Assembly: GCF_006345805.1 (NCBI RefSeq) | Contig: NC_042998.1 | Location: forward strand, 21,886,001 to 21,950,000 | Reading direction: 5' to 3' | DNA length: 64,000 nucleotides | From: Octopus sinensis | Taxonomy: Eukaryota | Part shown: piece by piece, positions 1 to 14,132 of the stretch | How the letters are laid out: every line of letters starts with the position of its first letter | Position numbering within the stretch: position 1 is the stretch's first letter | Position numbers and translations under genes: made by a program | Notes under the pieces: model-generated | What the model was told of the DNA's origin: nothing | Database searches by the model: none | The model's input: the letters and a program-made list of their open reading frames with translations, nothing else

Positions 1-1304
1 GGAATGTAAGTACCAGTCAAACATAAGGGTTGATGTAATCAGCTTTGACTCTTCTCCCAAAATTGATGGCCTTTGAAACCAATATTATAACTAAACTATA
101 TTATGTAGTCACGTGTGTGTTTGTGGTATGTGTGTGTGTGTGTGTGTGTGCTTGCATGCATGCGTACATATGTATAACTGGTCCTTACTTTACTAGCTCT
201 GAATGGAACCTTAAGAGAACAACTTCCTTAGCTGGATTTGAACTCACATCATAAGAGAAACAAAGAAACTTAATGCTGCAATTAATTTTTGTTGTTTTTA
301 AAGTTCAGTTTTTTTAAACTTAAAAAGACCTATGATCAAAGGCATTCCAACCATGACCATCCCGTATTTTTTTTTCTGTGTGCAGTGAATCAAGGTCCAT
401 ATGAACCAATGTGATGAGGGTGAGGGTAGTTGTGGGGATAGGAGTGGGGAAGTTGATGCAAAAATAAAAATTGTGGAAATACTAAAATAAGTGAAGAAAG
501 AGAAATAGCAACTATTTTTTTTTTTAAAAAAGGGGAGAAAAAATGCAAAAAGAAAGGATAAAAAAATTGGAAATAAAAGATAAATAAGAGGAAAACTTGG
601 TCAAAGTGCTAAAGATGGCAGTGATGGTGGTAGCGGTGGAGGCAGTGCCGGAGGTGTGAAATGAAAGCTCAACTGCATAAAAGAGAATTCCATATAAAGC
701 CAGATCAGCGTGGTTTAGTGATTCCGTCAGTTTACCAAGATCAAAGTTGTGATAGAGGAAGAGACAGAAAAAGTAAAAGACAAGGAAAGAGAGTGAAAGA
801 GAGAGGAAAGACAGAGAGAGGGAAGAGAGAAAGTGAGGGTGAGAGAGTAGGGGTTGTATTGGTAGAGAAAAATTCTTCAATCATACTGCTTTATCCTTAA
901 TAGGTGGTCTGGCTAATAATAGCATGTTATAAGAAGGTCTATAGGAAGCCAGTTAAAAGACCAGGTGCAAAGTTCATGATATAATTTGCTCCATGCACCT
1001 TACTTTCAGTTTAAATTATCAAGGTGAGCGAATGAATGAATGAATGAGAGATTTATGAATGAAAGATTTGATTAAACTGGGTTGGGTTGAGCCAATTGTG
1101 TTGTAAAGAATTGGTCTGGCCAGGATGATATAATAATGTGGTAATAGAATTATTGGAATTCTGGATGTGCAGAAGATTAGGATTATTTATATATTCTTTT
1201 TGACAATTAATCTTTAGCTTTAGGCGAAGAATTTTACTTCCTGACCACATGGTTTCTGGTTCAGTTCCACTGCATGGCACTTTGGTCTACATTGTTTTTT
1301 TTTT

Positions 1305-1960
<656 letters not shown>

Positions 1961-2526
1961 TGGCAAATTTCCTTCAGATCACTTCTCTACAATATTATGA
2001 AGAAACAATTGTAATGGATTATGTAATCTAAGATAGTCGTAAAAAAAAAAATAAATACAGGATGGTCATATCTGGAAATATAGGCCAAGTCAATGAAAGT
2101 TGACCTAGAGTTATACAAGAAGAAGAACAACAACAACAGCTGTAACAATATTTTCAACATTATCATTTATATTGTTTTCAACTCTGGTTTCAGAGTCATA
2201 AGCACTTAACAGAGCTAAATAAAGAAAGAAAGAAAGAAATTGAAACAAGGAATTTAGGCCAAAGTGAAATAGTTTTGGTGAGAGTTTGACATGCAACTCT
2301 CACATTTGCTATCTTTAATAGGGCTTTTGGCATTGCATCATAGCAAAAAAAAGAAAGAAAAAATTAGCTCTGTCCAGTATCTCTTTTGCTGTGGTTTAAA
2401 TTGTAAGGTCAAGTGGTCCTCACTGTAGTTCTGAGAAGTAGTGATTCATCATCGTTGTCTGTTGTTGTTGTTGTTATGTTTGTAAGAGCAGTGGATTGGC
2501 AGAATTGTTAGAGCATTGAGGGTAGT

Positions 2527-3199
2527 GAGGGTGCATAGCTTAGTGATTTGGGTATTCAGCTCACGGTCATACTCTTTTACTTGTTTCAGTCATTTGACTG
2601 CGGCCATGCTGGAGCACTGCCTTTAGTCAAGCAAATCGACCCCAGGACTTATTCTTTGTAAGCCTAGTACTTATTCTATCGGTCGCTTTTGCCAAACCAC
2701 TAAGTTACGGGGATGCAAACACACCAGCATCGGTTGTCAAGCGATGTTGGGGAGACAAACACACACACACATATATATATACACACATATATACGATGGG
2801 CTTCTTTCAGTTTCCATCTACCAAATCCACTCACAAGGCTTTGGCTGGCCCGAGGCTATAGTAGAAGACACTTGCCCAAGGTGTCATGCAGTAGGACTGA
2901 ACCCAGAACCATCTAGTTGGTAAGCAAGCTACTTACCACACAGCCACTCCTGCGTCATAAGGTCATGAGTTTGATTCCAAGTGGCATGTTGCGTCCTTGG
3001 GCAAGAAACTTTATTTCATGTTACTCAAGTCCAGTCGGTTGGCAAATATGAGCTGTACCAGTAATTCAAAGGGCCAGCCTTGTCATATTCTGTGTTACAC
3101 CAAATCTCCTTGAGAACTACGTTAAGGGTACACATATGCTCTGTCACTTAGAATTTAATTACAAGAGCAGGCTGTTCCATTGATTGGATCAATTGGAAC
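2527..3199 (+). mobile_element. tRNA-derived SINE family E (OR-like), split by a family A insertion
   Basis: tRNA-like head gagggtgcatagcttagtg...; continues after 2959 with gagtttgattcc and the tail (gggccagccttgtc...gagaactacgttaaggg...gagcaggctgttcc) also seen at 26932-27232 and 56815-57204. Confidence 0.7.
2572..2953 (-). mobile_element. SINE family A, full length
   Basis: Matches copies at 13730, 34531, 38173, 49730 and 53072; flanked by direct repeat GTCATA (2566-2571 and 2954-2959). Confidence 0.9.
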
Positions 3200-3620
3200 C
3201 ACAGCCGGATTAAGACCCATCAAGGCTCTAAGCACTTAAAAGTTTTGGTGCCACTTAAAAGATTATGTAATTCAAAATTTAAGCAATAACATACCATAAA
3301 ATAAATCTTTACTTTTCAAAACGAAATAAAACAATAAGAGGGAAAATAATGTTTATTTTTGTATGCTTCCACTTTATATTTGAAAAGTTTCCTCCTACTT
3401 TTTTGAATTGCAAATCTTTGATCAGATCCTCAAAATTAATCTTAGGTAACACCTCTGCATCTATACTTAGCAGAGATAAAGGTATCTTGAATATTGTTTT
3501 AGCAAGTTTAAAGTGATTTCTTTTGTGCCGTAAACCATTTACCATTTCTATGGTGCCCCCTCCCCTTCCCTTGATGCCCTAAGCGCGTGCTTATCTTGCT
3601 TAAGGGTTAATCCAGTGCTA
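3200..3620 (-). mobile_element. Non-autonomous hAT-type DNA transposon with transposase C-terminal relic
   Basis: Imperfect TIRs cacagccggattaa / ttaatccagtgcta; minus ORF 3309-3545 contains LSLLSIDAEVLPKINFEDLIKD..FKK, resembling the end of the hAT dimerisation domain; degenerate 8-bp flanks attggaac/atggaaat. Confidence 0.65.
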
Positions 3621-3942
3621 ATGGAAATCTGGCTGCTATTTCTATCAAGTTGCTGTTTTTCTTTAGTCCCAAGTCAACCCTGATTGAGCAGACTAATCAA
3701 GCATCCTGTGACAAGCCCCTCTTACATCAAGGGCTACGTGATTTAACAGAAATTTGACTGTGAACTGATCATGAAATCCTTTCCAGATTTGAGCATTCTG
3801 TTTATTTATCATGTGCAAGAGACCTAGATTCACATTACCTATCATGAACTTGTCTGAAATAGTGGGATGCAATCTGAGGGAGAATTCACTGCTGTATGTA
3901 GCAGTTTGAGTGACTATGCTATGGCCGGGGCTCTCTTGCCTT

Positions 3943-4361
3943 TGTAGGCAACTATAGTTAAATCCATGCCCGACCGTGGGGGGGGTGTCATCTGGAGTTA
4001 TCTCCCTTGGTCACATCGTTAACAATGAGGTGGCGCTCGTGAAAAGGGGATAAAAAGATGACCAGAGAGGGGAGCAGCCTCTTCTTGCTCACCAGGCAGC
4101 TTGCTGCTCACTGCTTTGTCTCCCTCTCTGCTACTAGACTACCCACACCGATTTGAATCGAGTGAAATCCTCTATACCAGTCATGGAAGGGGGCAAGACA
4201 AAAACCCTTTTTGTTCAACTTCATTCTGTTCTCTAAAAATGTTAAATGTTCAAGCTGTGTACGAGTGCTCTCCTCCCGGGTCGGAATAAACGTACCATGT
4301 TCACGAAGGCCTCGAAAACTCACACGAATCGTTGTTGTCTTTCATTGGATTAACTCTTACA
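3943..4361 (+). mobile_element. Possible solo LTR
   Basis: GC-richer block starting TGTA and ending TACA, with TATA-like gataaaaa (~4049) and AATAAA (~4285); no clear TSD or PBS. Confidence 0.35.
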
Positions 4362-4867
4362 TCTATCGAAGGGTTACCGGATATTTGATCAAAATTAGTG
4401 GGCTTTTTCCGAATAAGAGACTATATAATCTAATGTGTCCCGCTTTATACAAAACAATAAGGTGTGATTCGTAGCAGGTCAGAACACTTGGCTGAGATCT
4501 GAGGGAAATTTATTTACTACTTCTTACAGATAAAGTGACACCAGACACATACAGTGTGATTTGAGGGAGAATTAGCTGCTATTTCTAGAAGGTTGAAAGA
4601 CTGGATAGAAGCTCTCTTGTTGACTGTAATTTACAGTACATTTCGTTGAAATGGTATGTTTCTATTTCATGAGTAGATGTAATATGACTACATGATAATA
4701 CATGTGAGATGCCTCATGTAGCTGCTACATTTGGGTCAATGGAGGGAATTTAGGGGAAACTGATTAAAACAGAGATAAATTGCTGGATAGATTTCATTAC
4801 ATGCTCATGGATACATACATGCATACTTACATATATTTGTGTGTGCGTGTATGTGTGTGTATAAAGT

Positions 4868-4898
<31 letters not shown>

Positions 4899-5012
4899 GT
4901 ATACATATATTAATGTATATATATTTCATCTGTATATATTTATGTGTAAAACACACATACTCGCACATCTCTATATATATATGTATGTGTGTATATATAA
5001 TAATACACACAT

Positions 5013-5051
<39 letters not shown>

Positions 5052-5086
5052 GTGTGTGTGTATATATAATATATATATATAATATA

Positions 5087-5117
<31 letters not shown>

Positions 5118-5120
5118 AAA

Positions 5121-5154
<34 letters not shown>

Positions 5155-5232
5155 ACAGGAGTAAGTACATAAATGTGAAACAAGGTGAAAAAAAAGAGTA
5201 CTCAAGTACCAGAGGCTGAGTATTTTAACAAA

Positions 5233-5270
5233 CTGTCCGACGAACAGGAACGTGAAACTCTGAGTAACAG
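5233..5270 (+). ncRNA. Minimal type-I hammerhead-ribozyme-like motif (U4C variant)
   Basis: ctgt-CCGACGA-short weak stem II-GAA-ACTC T GAGT-A-acag; stem I CTGT/ACAG, near-palindromic stem III, GUA triplet. Confidence 0.5.
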
Positions 5271-5307
5271 CTTTTGATATATTTCTGGTGCTTTTAAATA
5301 AAGTATA

Positions 5308-5353
<46 letters not shown>

Positions 5354-5526
5354 AATGGCTACCTCTGATAAGAACAGGGTTACATAATCTGGCTGTTACC
5401 TAACATTCCGTTGAACCTCTAGTGTGAAATAAATCCGTAAAATCGGCTGTAATGGTTATATAATACTGTGCACTTCAATTAATATACATACATACATATT
5501 TATATATGATGATGATATATATGTGA

Positions 5527-5566
<40 letters not shown>

Positions 5567-5908
5567 ATGCCTTTAGATCTTTTAATGAAACTGAAGTCAA
5601 GAGTATGTCTAGCCATTTATGTTTCATGTCACTACAATCTTCAGGTGAAAGTTCTCTCTCTCTGTTTCTCTTTCTCTCTCTCTATCTCTCATATTGAGTA
5701 CTTTATTCTAAGCGGCCAGACATAGCTTCTTTTTGAACTTAGCACACCTTAGAATATATATCTCTATCTATCTATTTGTTTGCCTGCCTGCCTGTCTGTC
5801 TGTCTGTCTGTCTGTATTTATATACAACTGTCTAAGAATTCTAAAGTCAGAAAAAATATGCAGTCATATTTTTATCAATAAAGTGGGTATAGAAATCAAA
5901 GTGTACAG

Positions 5909-5939
<31 letters not shown>

Positions 5940-5968
5940 TACATACATATATATATATATATATATGT

Positions 5969-6174
5969 TGCCAGCCCCGCCTGGCACCTGTGCAGGTGGC
6001 ACGTAAAAGCACCCACTACACTCACGGAGTGCGGTTGGCGTAGGGGATCCAGCTGTAAAACATTGCCAAATTAGACTGGAGCCTGGTGCAGCCTTCTGGC
6101 TTCCCAGAACCCCGGTCGAACCGTCCAACCCATGCTAGCATGGAGAACGGACGTTAAACGACGATGATGATGAT
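5969..6174 (+). mobile_element. Retroposon family C, 3' part with (GAT)n tail
   Basis: ggttggcgtagg...atccagctgta...ccatgctagcatggagaacggacgttaaacgacgatgatg; about ten copies in the window. Confidence 0.85.
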
Positions 6175-6189
6175 ATATATAATATATAC

Positions 6190-6248
<59 letters not shown>

Positions 6249-6251
6249 CAT

Positions 6252-6285
<34 letters not shown>

Positions 6286-6348
6286 CATACATACATACAT
6301 ATATGTGGCAAAGTAATTTATTTTACTAAGCCCTAATTATATAATGTA

Positions 6349-6381
<33 letters not shown>

Positions 6382-6384
6382 TAT

Positions 6385-6415
<31 letters not shown>

Positions 6416-6416
6416 C

Positions 6417-6447
<31 letters not shown>

Positions 6448-6460
6448 CATACATATATAT

Positions 6461-6503
<43 letters not shown>

Positions 6504-6517
6504 CATATAATATATAT

Positions 6518-6550
<33 letters not shown>

Positions 6551-6588
6551 TATATATAACATACATACATACATACATATATATATAT

Positions 6589-6817
6589 AACGGGAAGCTT
6601 TATGAAAATAGACAAAGAGACGAAGGCAGGTTTACGGAAATAAACAAAAGACGAAGGCAGGTGGAATACAAAACAACAATTGTATTAGTATGGCACTCAG
6701 GAAATATAAATAAAACAAGTCTTTAACGTTTTGAGCCTACGCTCTTCAACAGAAAGATACACAGAGAAAAAAAACACAGAAAGAAGGAGAGAAAAAAAAA
6801 AAATATATATATATATA

Positions 6818-6853
<36 letters not shown>

Positions 6854-7040
6854 TATATATAACGGGAAAGTTTACGAAAATAAAAGACGAAGGCAGGTGG
6901 AGTACAAACAAACAAATGTATTAGTATGGCGCTCAGGAATAGAAATAGAAAAAGTCTTTTACGTTTCGAGCCTATGCTCTTCGACAGAAAGATACACAGA
7001 AAAAAAAATAAGAAGAGAAACAAGGAGAGAAAAAAAAAAT
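6589..7040 (-). mobile_element. Tandem pair of a short repeat (family F), each with a hammerhead-like motif; Penelope/retrozyme-like
   Basis: Two colinear copies (6589-6803, 6860-7040) in (TA)n/(TACA)n; third partial copy at 48553-48710; motifs at 6720-6757 and 6955-6992. Confidence 0.65.
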
Positions 7041-7408
7041 ATATATAGGTATGTTGGTGCAAAAAGGAAAAAAAAGAACTCTAAATATGAGTATATGTAT
7101 ATTTTTAATAATATTTAGCAAAAGTAAGAAAGTGGTTCAAGAACCGATTTTTTTCATGTGTTGGCACAAGTGCCAGTGCATGAAACTCTCAGTTCTTGAG
7201 TCACTCTGTTGCTATCTGTCTGTCTGTCTGTCTTTCTGGCTGTCTGTCTATTTATTTATTTTATTTATTTATTTATTTATTTACATGTATGCAAACATAC
7301 ACGTATAACCCTTACAACAAGTGTTTCCAAAGGAATCTCATATTGTAAGGTTTCAAAATTCCAACTGTGAGGAAATAACAGACTCAAATAACTACATATG
7401 TATGAGAA

Positions 7409-7464
<56 letters not shown>

Positions 7465-7769
7465 GGTGGTGCTGCTGGTGGTGGTGCTGGTGGTGGTGCT
7501 GGTAGTGGTGGAAGGAAAAAATCAAGATATGTTATAGTCCTTTATTACGTCTGAGCTATGAACAGGATATCATGACTCAACACGCACGCACGCACGCACA
7601 CACAGACACACACACACATACACACACACACATACACACACACATTGTGCCAACATTCAGAAGAAATTGCATTCTTTCAATGGGTTTCTCTGGTAATGTA
7701 GTAGAATTTACTGAGATTGAATCAGTGCTAATTTACCGAAAGAGAGAGAGAGAGGTTACATATCTACAT

Positions 7770-8122
7770 ACATGCATGCATCTATGTATGTCTGTTTGCA
7801 CGTATGTATGCATGTATGTATGTATCTATGCACTTATGTATGTATTTATGTATGTATGTATATATGTATGTATGTATGCATGTATGTGTGTATGTATGTA
7901 TTTATGTATATATTTATGTATGTATGTATTTATGTATTTACGTATGTATGCATGTATGTATGTATTCGTGTGTATGTATGTATTTGTGTATGTATGCATG
8001 TATTTATGTATATATGTATGTATTTATCTATATATTCATTTATGTATGTATGTATTTGTGTATGTATGTATTTGTGTATGTATGTATTTATGTGTGTATG
8101 TATGTATGTCCATATATCTGTA

Positions 8123-8153
<31 letters not shown>

Positions 8154-8162
8154 CCATATATC

Positions 8163-8200
<38 letters not shown>

Positions 8201-8420
8201 AGTGTATTTATGTATATATGTATTTATGTATGTATTTATGTATGCATGTATGTATGAGTCTGTAATTATGAATGTATGTATGTATATATATATATACATC
8301 TGTATATATGTATATGTGTGTGTATGTATGTATGTGTATGAATGTGTTTGTATGCATGTATATCTGTATGAATGTATGTATATACATCTGTATGTATGTA
8401 TATGTGTATGCATGCATGTT
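7770..8420. repeat. Compound (ATGT)n/(GT)n microsatellite
   Basis: Direct inspection. Confidence 0.95.
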
Positions 8421-8821
8421 TGCCTGCGTTTTCCTCAGTTTCCAGAGTGCATTTCCCAATGGAAAATAAATATTGCTGTGATAGCAGTGCATTAGTTCTG
8501 AGTGTGTGATTGCAGGGAAGGGATAATAATAACAATAATAACAATAATAACAATAATGATGATGATAAGGACATCAACCACAATTACAGCAACAACATGA
8601 GCAACGACAAGAATAAGATTAAGGAAAAGAAGAAACTGGAATCATTTCAACGGCAATGATTTGAAGTTATTACTGCCAGAAACAAACAACTGGTACCATT
8701 ATCATCGTCCCCACCGCTGCTGCTGCTGCTGCTGCTACTACTACTACTACTACTACCACCACCATCACCACCACTACTACTACTACTACCACCACCACCA
8801 CTACTACTACTACTACTACCT

Positions 8822-8879
<58 letters not shown>

Positions 8880-8942
8880 CTCTACTACTACTACTACTAA
8901 AGATGATGAGTGTTGAATGATGATGATGATGATGATGATGGG

Positions 8943-9160
8943 CTCAAAAAATATAAGGATTTGCTCATTGAAATTGAACAGAAATGTAACATTTCATGGC
9001 AAGTATAATACCAGTAATTATTGGAGCACTAGGGATTGATAGGAAAAAGAGAACTGAAAATTATTTGAGAATGATCCCTGGCTTACCATTTCTGCAGGAT
9101 GTGCAAAAGATTATTTTAATGGATAAGTTGCATGTGTTGAGAAGAACATTGGCACCGTGA
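8943..9160 (+). pseudogene. C-terminal relic of a restriction-like-endonuclease non-LTR retrotransposon (R4/Dong-like)
   Basis: Frameshifted translation KKYKDLLIEIE...IIPVIIGALG...ENYLRMIPG...VQKIIL...HVLRRTL*; (TAA)n tract at ~9347. Confidence 0.7.
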
Positions 9161-9364
9161 GGATGATTGTCACCTGTGTTAATATTTTGTTTTTTTTATT
9201 TTTTTGCTATATGATTTTATGCAATTTTGTAAATGAACAATCTGGTGTGTTTATTTTAGTGCCCTATCAATGTATACAGTGAGTTCCTTTGCTCTAGGTG
9301 TTGGGAAGACACTCAGCAAGAAATAGAAATTGAAAGGAGAAAAACTAATAATAATAATAATAAT

Positions 9365-9526
9365 CTCTTCTACTAAAGGTACAAGGCCTGAAATTTTGGG
9401 AGAAGGGGACAAGTCAATTGCATCAACCCAGTACACAACTGGTACTTAATTTATCGACTCCTGAAAGAATGAAAACTGACCTCAGCAGACTAATAATGAT
9501 AATAATAATGATAATAATATAATAAC

Positions 9527-9564
<38 letters not shown>

Positions 9565-9649
9565 TAACAATAATAATAATAATAATAATGATAACAATAA
9601 TAATAATAATAATGATAATAATGATAATAATAATAATAATAATGATAAC

Positions 9650-9681
<32 letters not shown>

Positions 9682-9712
9682 TAATAATGATAATAATAAT
9701 AATAATAAGAAC

Positions 9713-9747
<35 letters not shown>

Positions 9748-10190
9748 GTGGGGAGGGGGCCAGTCAATTAGATTGACCCCAGTACACAATTGGTACTTAA
9801 TTTATTGACCCTGAAAGGATGAAAGGCAAAGTCCACCTTGGCGGAATTTGATCTCAGATGAAATACTGCTAAGCATTTCACCTGGCGTGCTAACGATTCT
9901 GCCAGCTCACTGCTTTCATAATAATAGTAATAATAATGATAATAATAATAATAATAATAATTTCTTTTATTAGTCACAGGGCCATAGATGAGTTTCTTTT
10001 CTGATTTATGCATAAGCTCTGGAATTTTGGTAGAGGAACAAGTCAGTTACATCAACCCCAGTACTTAACTGATATTTATTTCATTGATCCCCAAAAGATG
10101 AAAGCTAAGTCAACCTTGACAAAATTTGAGCCTAAAATATTAAGATGGATGAAATGTCACTTAGCATTTCATCCTGTACACTAAAAGTTC
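9365..10190 (-). mobile_element. Three degenerate family B SINE fragments separated by (AAT)n arrays
   Basis: Repeated cccagtac...ctggtacttaattt...gaaaggatgaaaggcaaagtc at ~9420, ~9780 and ~10055. Confidence 0.75.
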
Positions 10191-10799
10191 ACCGTTTATC
10201 TCTGTCAGTCAATGGAGTATCACTCCAGATGCTTTAACCATCAACAACCACCACTGATTCTTGTCCTCTGTCACATTGTAGAAGGGTCACAACATTGAAA
10301 TATGTCCAGTTCTTTATCCTCCATCAGATGCACTATAAGGAATGGTTTTGGTTAGGGGAATCATGGCTGTGCTCTGTTTAGGAGAGACATAGCCATTAGC
10401 TGAATCAGTTGTTCTCGAGCATCTGAATTCTTTGCTCTTTCTTGGTTCTGCGCCTGGACCACAAGATCAAAGTCCAGCAGGGATATTGATCCTGTGGGAG
10501 TTTGGTGGGAAAATTGGTGCAACGGCTTCTCCATGTGAAATTGAGATCATTATGGTATACTACCACCGCTACTGCTGTTGCTGTTGTTGTTGTTGTTGTT
10601 GTTGTTAAGCAACAAGACAGGTAAGGGCGATTAGGTGATGGTCTAGGGCTTAGGGGCAGGAGACCCCAGACCTTGGAAAAAAAAAAAACTTTGGTCGTCT
10701 TGTTGTAGTTGAGGGCTCTTCATTGACGCCTGACACCACAGGGAGGTGGCCCTCGAAGTCGCTGGAAATGGAGATCTCCAGGTCCAAATTCTTGAACTG

Positions 10800-10831
<32 letters not shown>

Positions 10832-10856
10832 ACTACAACTACTACTACCACTACTA

Positions 10857-10897
<41 letters not shown>

Positions 10898-11349
10898 GCT
10901 GCTGTTGCTGCTGCTACTACTACTACTACTACTACTACTTTTGGTACTGTCAGCATTGCAGTAACAACAAGAGAACACAGAAATCAAGCATGACAACAAG
11001 TACAACAAAACCCAAAGAGACAAAAACAGTATCAACAACAACAACAACAACAATTACTGCAAAAACAATAATGACTGCAGCAGCAACAACAACAATTAAT
11101 GTAAAAAAATGTTACAAAACATGAGCAAAAACTGAAAAAATGAAAAAAAGAAAAAAGCAGGCAGTGTAAAAAACTGAATGAAGTCTGCAGCTGGCTGTAT
11201 ACATTTTTAGAAGTCAGTGAAGTGTGTATATTGTGTATATTAAGTGGTGAGACGGAGCAAGGGGTTGGGGTGAAATTATATTGGTTGATGGCAGCTGAAG
11301 GTCTTGCCCTTCATATTGTGTCTTGACACCGTCTAACGTTAATAAATGG

Positions 11350-11604
11350 TGCATCATCATCATCATCACCCTCATCCTCTTCATCATCATCATCACCCTC
11401 ATCATCTTCATCATTATTATTATCATCATCATTATCATCACCCTCATCATCATCATCATCATCATCTTTATTATTATCATCATCATCTTCATCATTATTA
11501 TCATCATCATCACCCTCATCATCTTCATCATCATCATCATCATCACCCTCATCATCTTCATCATCATCATCATCATCATCACCCTCATCATCATCATTAT
11601 CATC

Positions 11605-11636
<32 letters not shown>

Positions 11637-11780
11637 CCTCATCATCATCATCATCATCGTCATCATCACCCTCATCATTATCATCATCATTGTCATCAAT
11701 ATTATGCTGATGATGGCGATGTCTATAACAAGGATGATGATGACAACCACCACCACCACCACCACCACCACCACCACCAT
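11350..11780. repeat. (ATC)n/(ACC)n microsatellite array
   Basis: Direct inspection; source of the poly-H, poly-D and poly-M ORFs. Confidence 0.95.
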
Positions 11781-12061
11781 CACTGCTACTGCCGCCACCG
11801 GCGCCTCCATTGCCGTCGTTGTTGTCATCATTACCGTTATCGTGGTCATTTATCATCGTCTTCGTTGTCGTTGTCAACTGTTATCGCCGTCATCCATCAT
11901 CATTGTCATAATCTCCGTCATCGTCCTCGTCGTCCAAAACATCCATCATCTGTCACTGTTGGCATCATCATCATCATCGTCAGTATGATGACATTGATCT
12001 CCCCCCAACCTCTTGCAGTACTCCAAATATCAGTTATTATTATTCTGACATCATTATTACC

Positions 12062-12092
<31 letters not shown>

Positions 12093-12514
12093 CTACCACT
12101 ACTACTTCCATCATCATCATAACCATCATCAATTTCCTATTTGTATTGAAACCAGTAATGCGTTATCCAACTCTTCCTTTTCTTAGACAGTCAGCTATAA
12201 TTGCAAAGAAATTTGGCTGCTATCTCTAGCGGATTAATTGGTTAAGTAGAACAGGCAAGAGCAGCATGTGACCCTCAGGACCTTCCTCAATGGTACAACC
12301 AAACACAAAATTACCTTGAACTTTTTAGTTGTGTAGCCTGCCTGATGGTGAGCCCTGTCTCATGTGACCTGCTTCTCGGAAAAGGCTGTTCATGCCTGTT
12401 ATAGGCTTAAAGGGTCTGCAACAAAGTTAGATGGAGCGTATGGGTATGTTTTGATGAGTGATTTTTTTTTTGTCAGTTAGGTGGATGGTCCAGTTTGGAG
12501 AGTTTGGAGAGTAA

Positions 12515-12845
12515 TGACCTCCTTTTGTCATGAATGACCATGGGTTAGCACCTAGAAAGTTCCCCGCTGAGGCACATGTCTGGGTAAGGTTGTTTTATGG
12601 AAGGCCAGCAGATACCCATGCATACCAGCCCCTCCTCTCCATATACCACCGATGTTATCAAAGGAGAAAGTAAAGACCGATATAGCTTGGCACCAGTGAC
12701 ATCACTGCTCATTTCTGACTGAACTGGAGCAATGGTAAAGAAAGTGTCTTGCTCAAGAATACAACACACAACCCAATCCTAGAATTGAACTCACTGCCTC
12801 ATGATTGTGAGCCCGACGCTTTAACCACTGAGCCATGCAACTTCA
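12515..12845 (-). mobile_element. tRNA-derived SINE (E-like head) with an alternative tail
   Basis: Colinear with 17188-17460 (tcatgaatgaccatg...tagaaagt...catgcataccagcc...aaagtgtcttgctca). Confidence 0.7.
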
Positions 12846-13199
12846 TGGAGTCAGCCCTTAATTATTATTATTCCAGGTTTATTCTGACCCAGAACGGTAG
12901 TACCTATCAGGGTCCTATCCATGGCTTAAACATATTCCCCAGGAGTAGAGGATGCTCCTATTACTTTTGATAAAGACATTAGGGAAGGCAGCTCTTCAAG
13001 GAGAAAGATACCCTGACATAAAACTTGCAGTCAAAACTTTACGTTTGATCCTCCTGTGGTCTGTAAAATGAAATGGTATCGAAGGACTGGGATACTAATA
13101 TAAGAAACTTTAACTCCGACCCCTAAAATTGTAGCTTGTATCTGTATTAGAAGCAGTTATTATTTCTCAAAGCACATTTTTATTGCAGGGCTATTTTAT

Positions 13200-13675
13200 A
13201 ATAATAATAATAATAATGAAATTATTGTATACAGTGCTCAGGTGCACCACAACTTGTCAAAAGTGCGTATAAAGCATATGCAGTAATGTACAAATGTCTG
13301 GAAAGCGAGCAGTGTATGAGTCAGATACATGCTTGCGTGTGTATGGAGGGGAGCAAATCAGGTGTAATGTTGGTGAATCTCAGGAAGCATGGAAGTTTTG
13401 AAGGATGCAGTGCTCCGACAACTAACAACTGATGCCGGCAGTTTGTTCCATGCTTCAGCAACTCTTAGCCTGAAAAAATGTTTCCGAAAGTCATGGGAGC
13501 TGTGCTGTTTTCTGTCTTTGTAAACATGTCTGCGGGTGTTAGACAGGTGGAGTTTGAAAAGGTGCTCAGAGTTATTGGTTGTAAGATGGTTAGTATGATG
13601 GTTAGTATTTTGTGAGATAGAAATGTATAATTTCATAAGAAACATTTTAAATGACATATTCAAGATCTGACAAAG
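13200..13675 (-). pseudogene. 5'-truncated CR1-like LINE (ORF2 C-terminus, 3' UTR, (TTA)n tail)
   Basis: ORF 13358-13663: FRKHFFRLRVAEAWNKLPASVVSCRSTASFK, a typical CR1-group ORF2 end; second copy at 55871-56112. Confidence 0.8.
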
Positions 13676-13729
13676 TCAATCCAATCAGTAGCTACATTCT
13701 TCATACAAAATATGAGACCTTGTGCTTAT

Positions 13730-14132
13730 CTCTTTTACTCTCTTTTACTTGTTTCAGTCATTGATTGCGGCCATGCTGGAGCACCGCCTTTAATCGAGCA
13801 ACTCAACCCTGGGACTTATTCTTTTGTAAGCCCAGTACTTATTCTATCGGTCTCTTTTGCCGAACCGCTAAGTAACGGGGACATAAACACACCAGCATCG
13901 GTTGTCAAGCAATGCTAGGGGGACAAACACAGACACACAAACACACACAAGCATATATATACATATATACGATGGGCTTCTTTCAGTTTCCGTCAACCTA
14001 ATCTACTGACAAGGCTTTGGTCGGCCTGAGGCTATAGTAGAAGACACTTGCCCAAGGTGCCATGCAGTGGGACTGAACCCGGAACCATGTGGTTGGTAAA
14101 CAAGCTACTTACCACACAGCCACTCCTGCGCC
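13730..14132 (-). mobile_element. SINE family A, full length
   Basis: Full colinearity with other copies; minus-strand head ggcgcaggagtggctgtgtggtaag...gggttcagtccc with A/B-box-like motifs. Confidence 0.9.

Noticed and set aside
7572-8583. Overlapping 100-200 aa MYVC-type ORFs (also at 4.8, 21, 39.7-41.3 and 63.6 kb)
   Set aside because: Translations of (TA)n/(ATGT)n microsatellites
10250-10800. Complex sequence considered as possible exons
   Set aside because: No recognisable protein motif in the minus-strand frames I translated; plus-strand frames and splice sites not resolved
11214-12122. Long poly-His, poly-Asp and poly-Met ORFs
   Set aside because: Several frames are open only because of an (ATC)n array; no complex coding sequence
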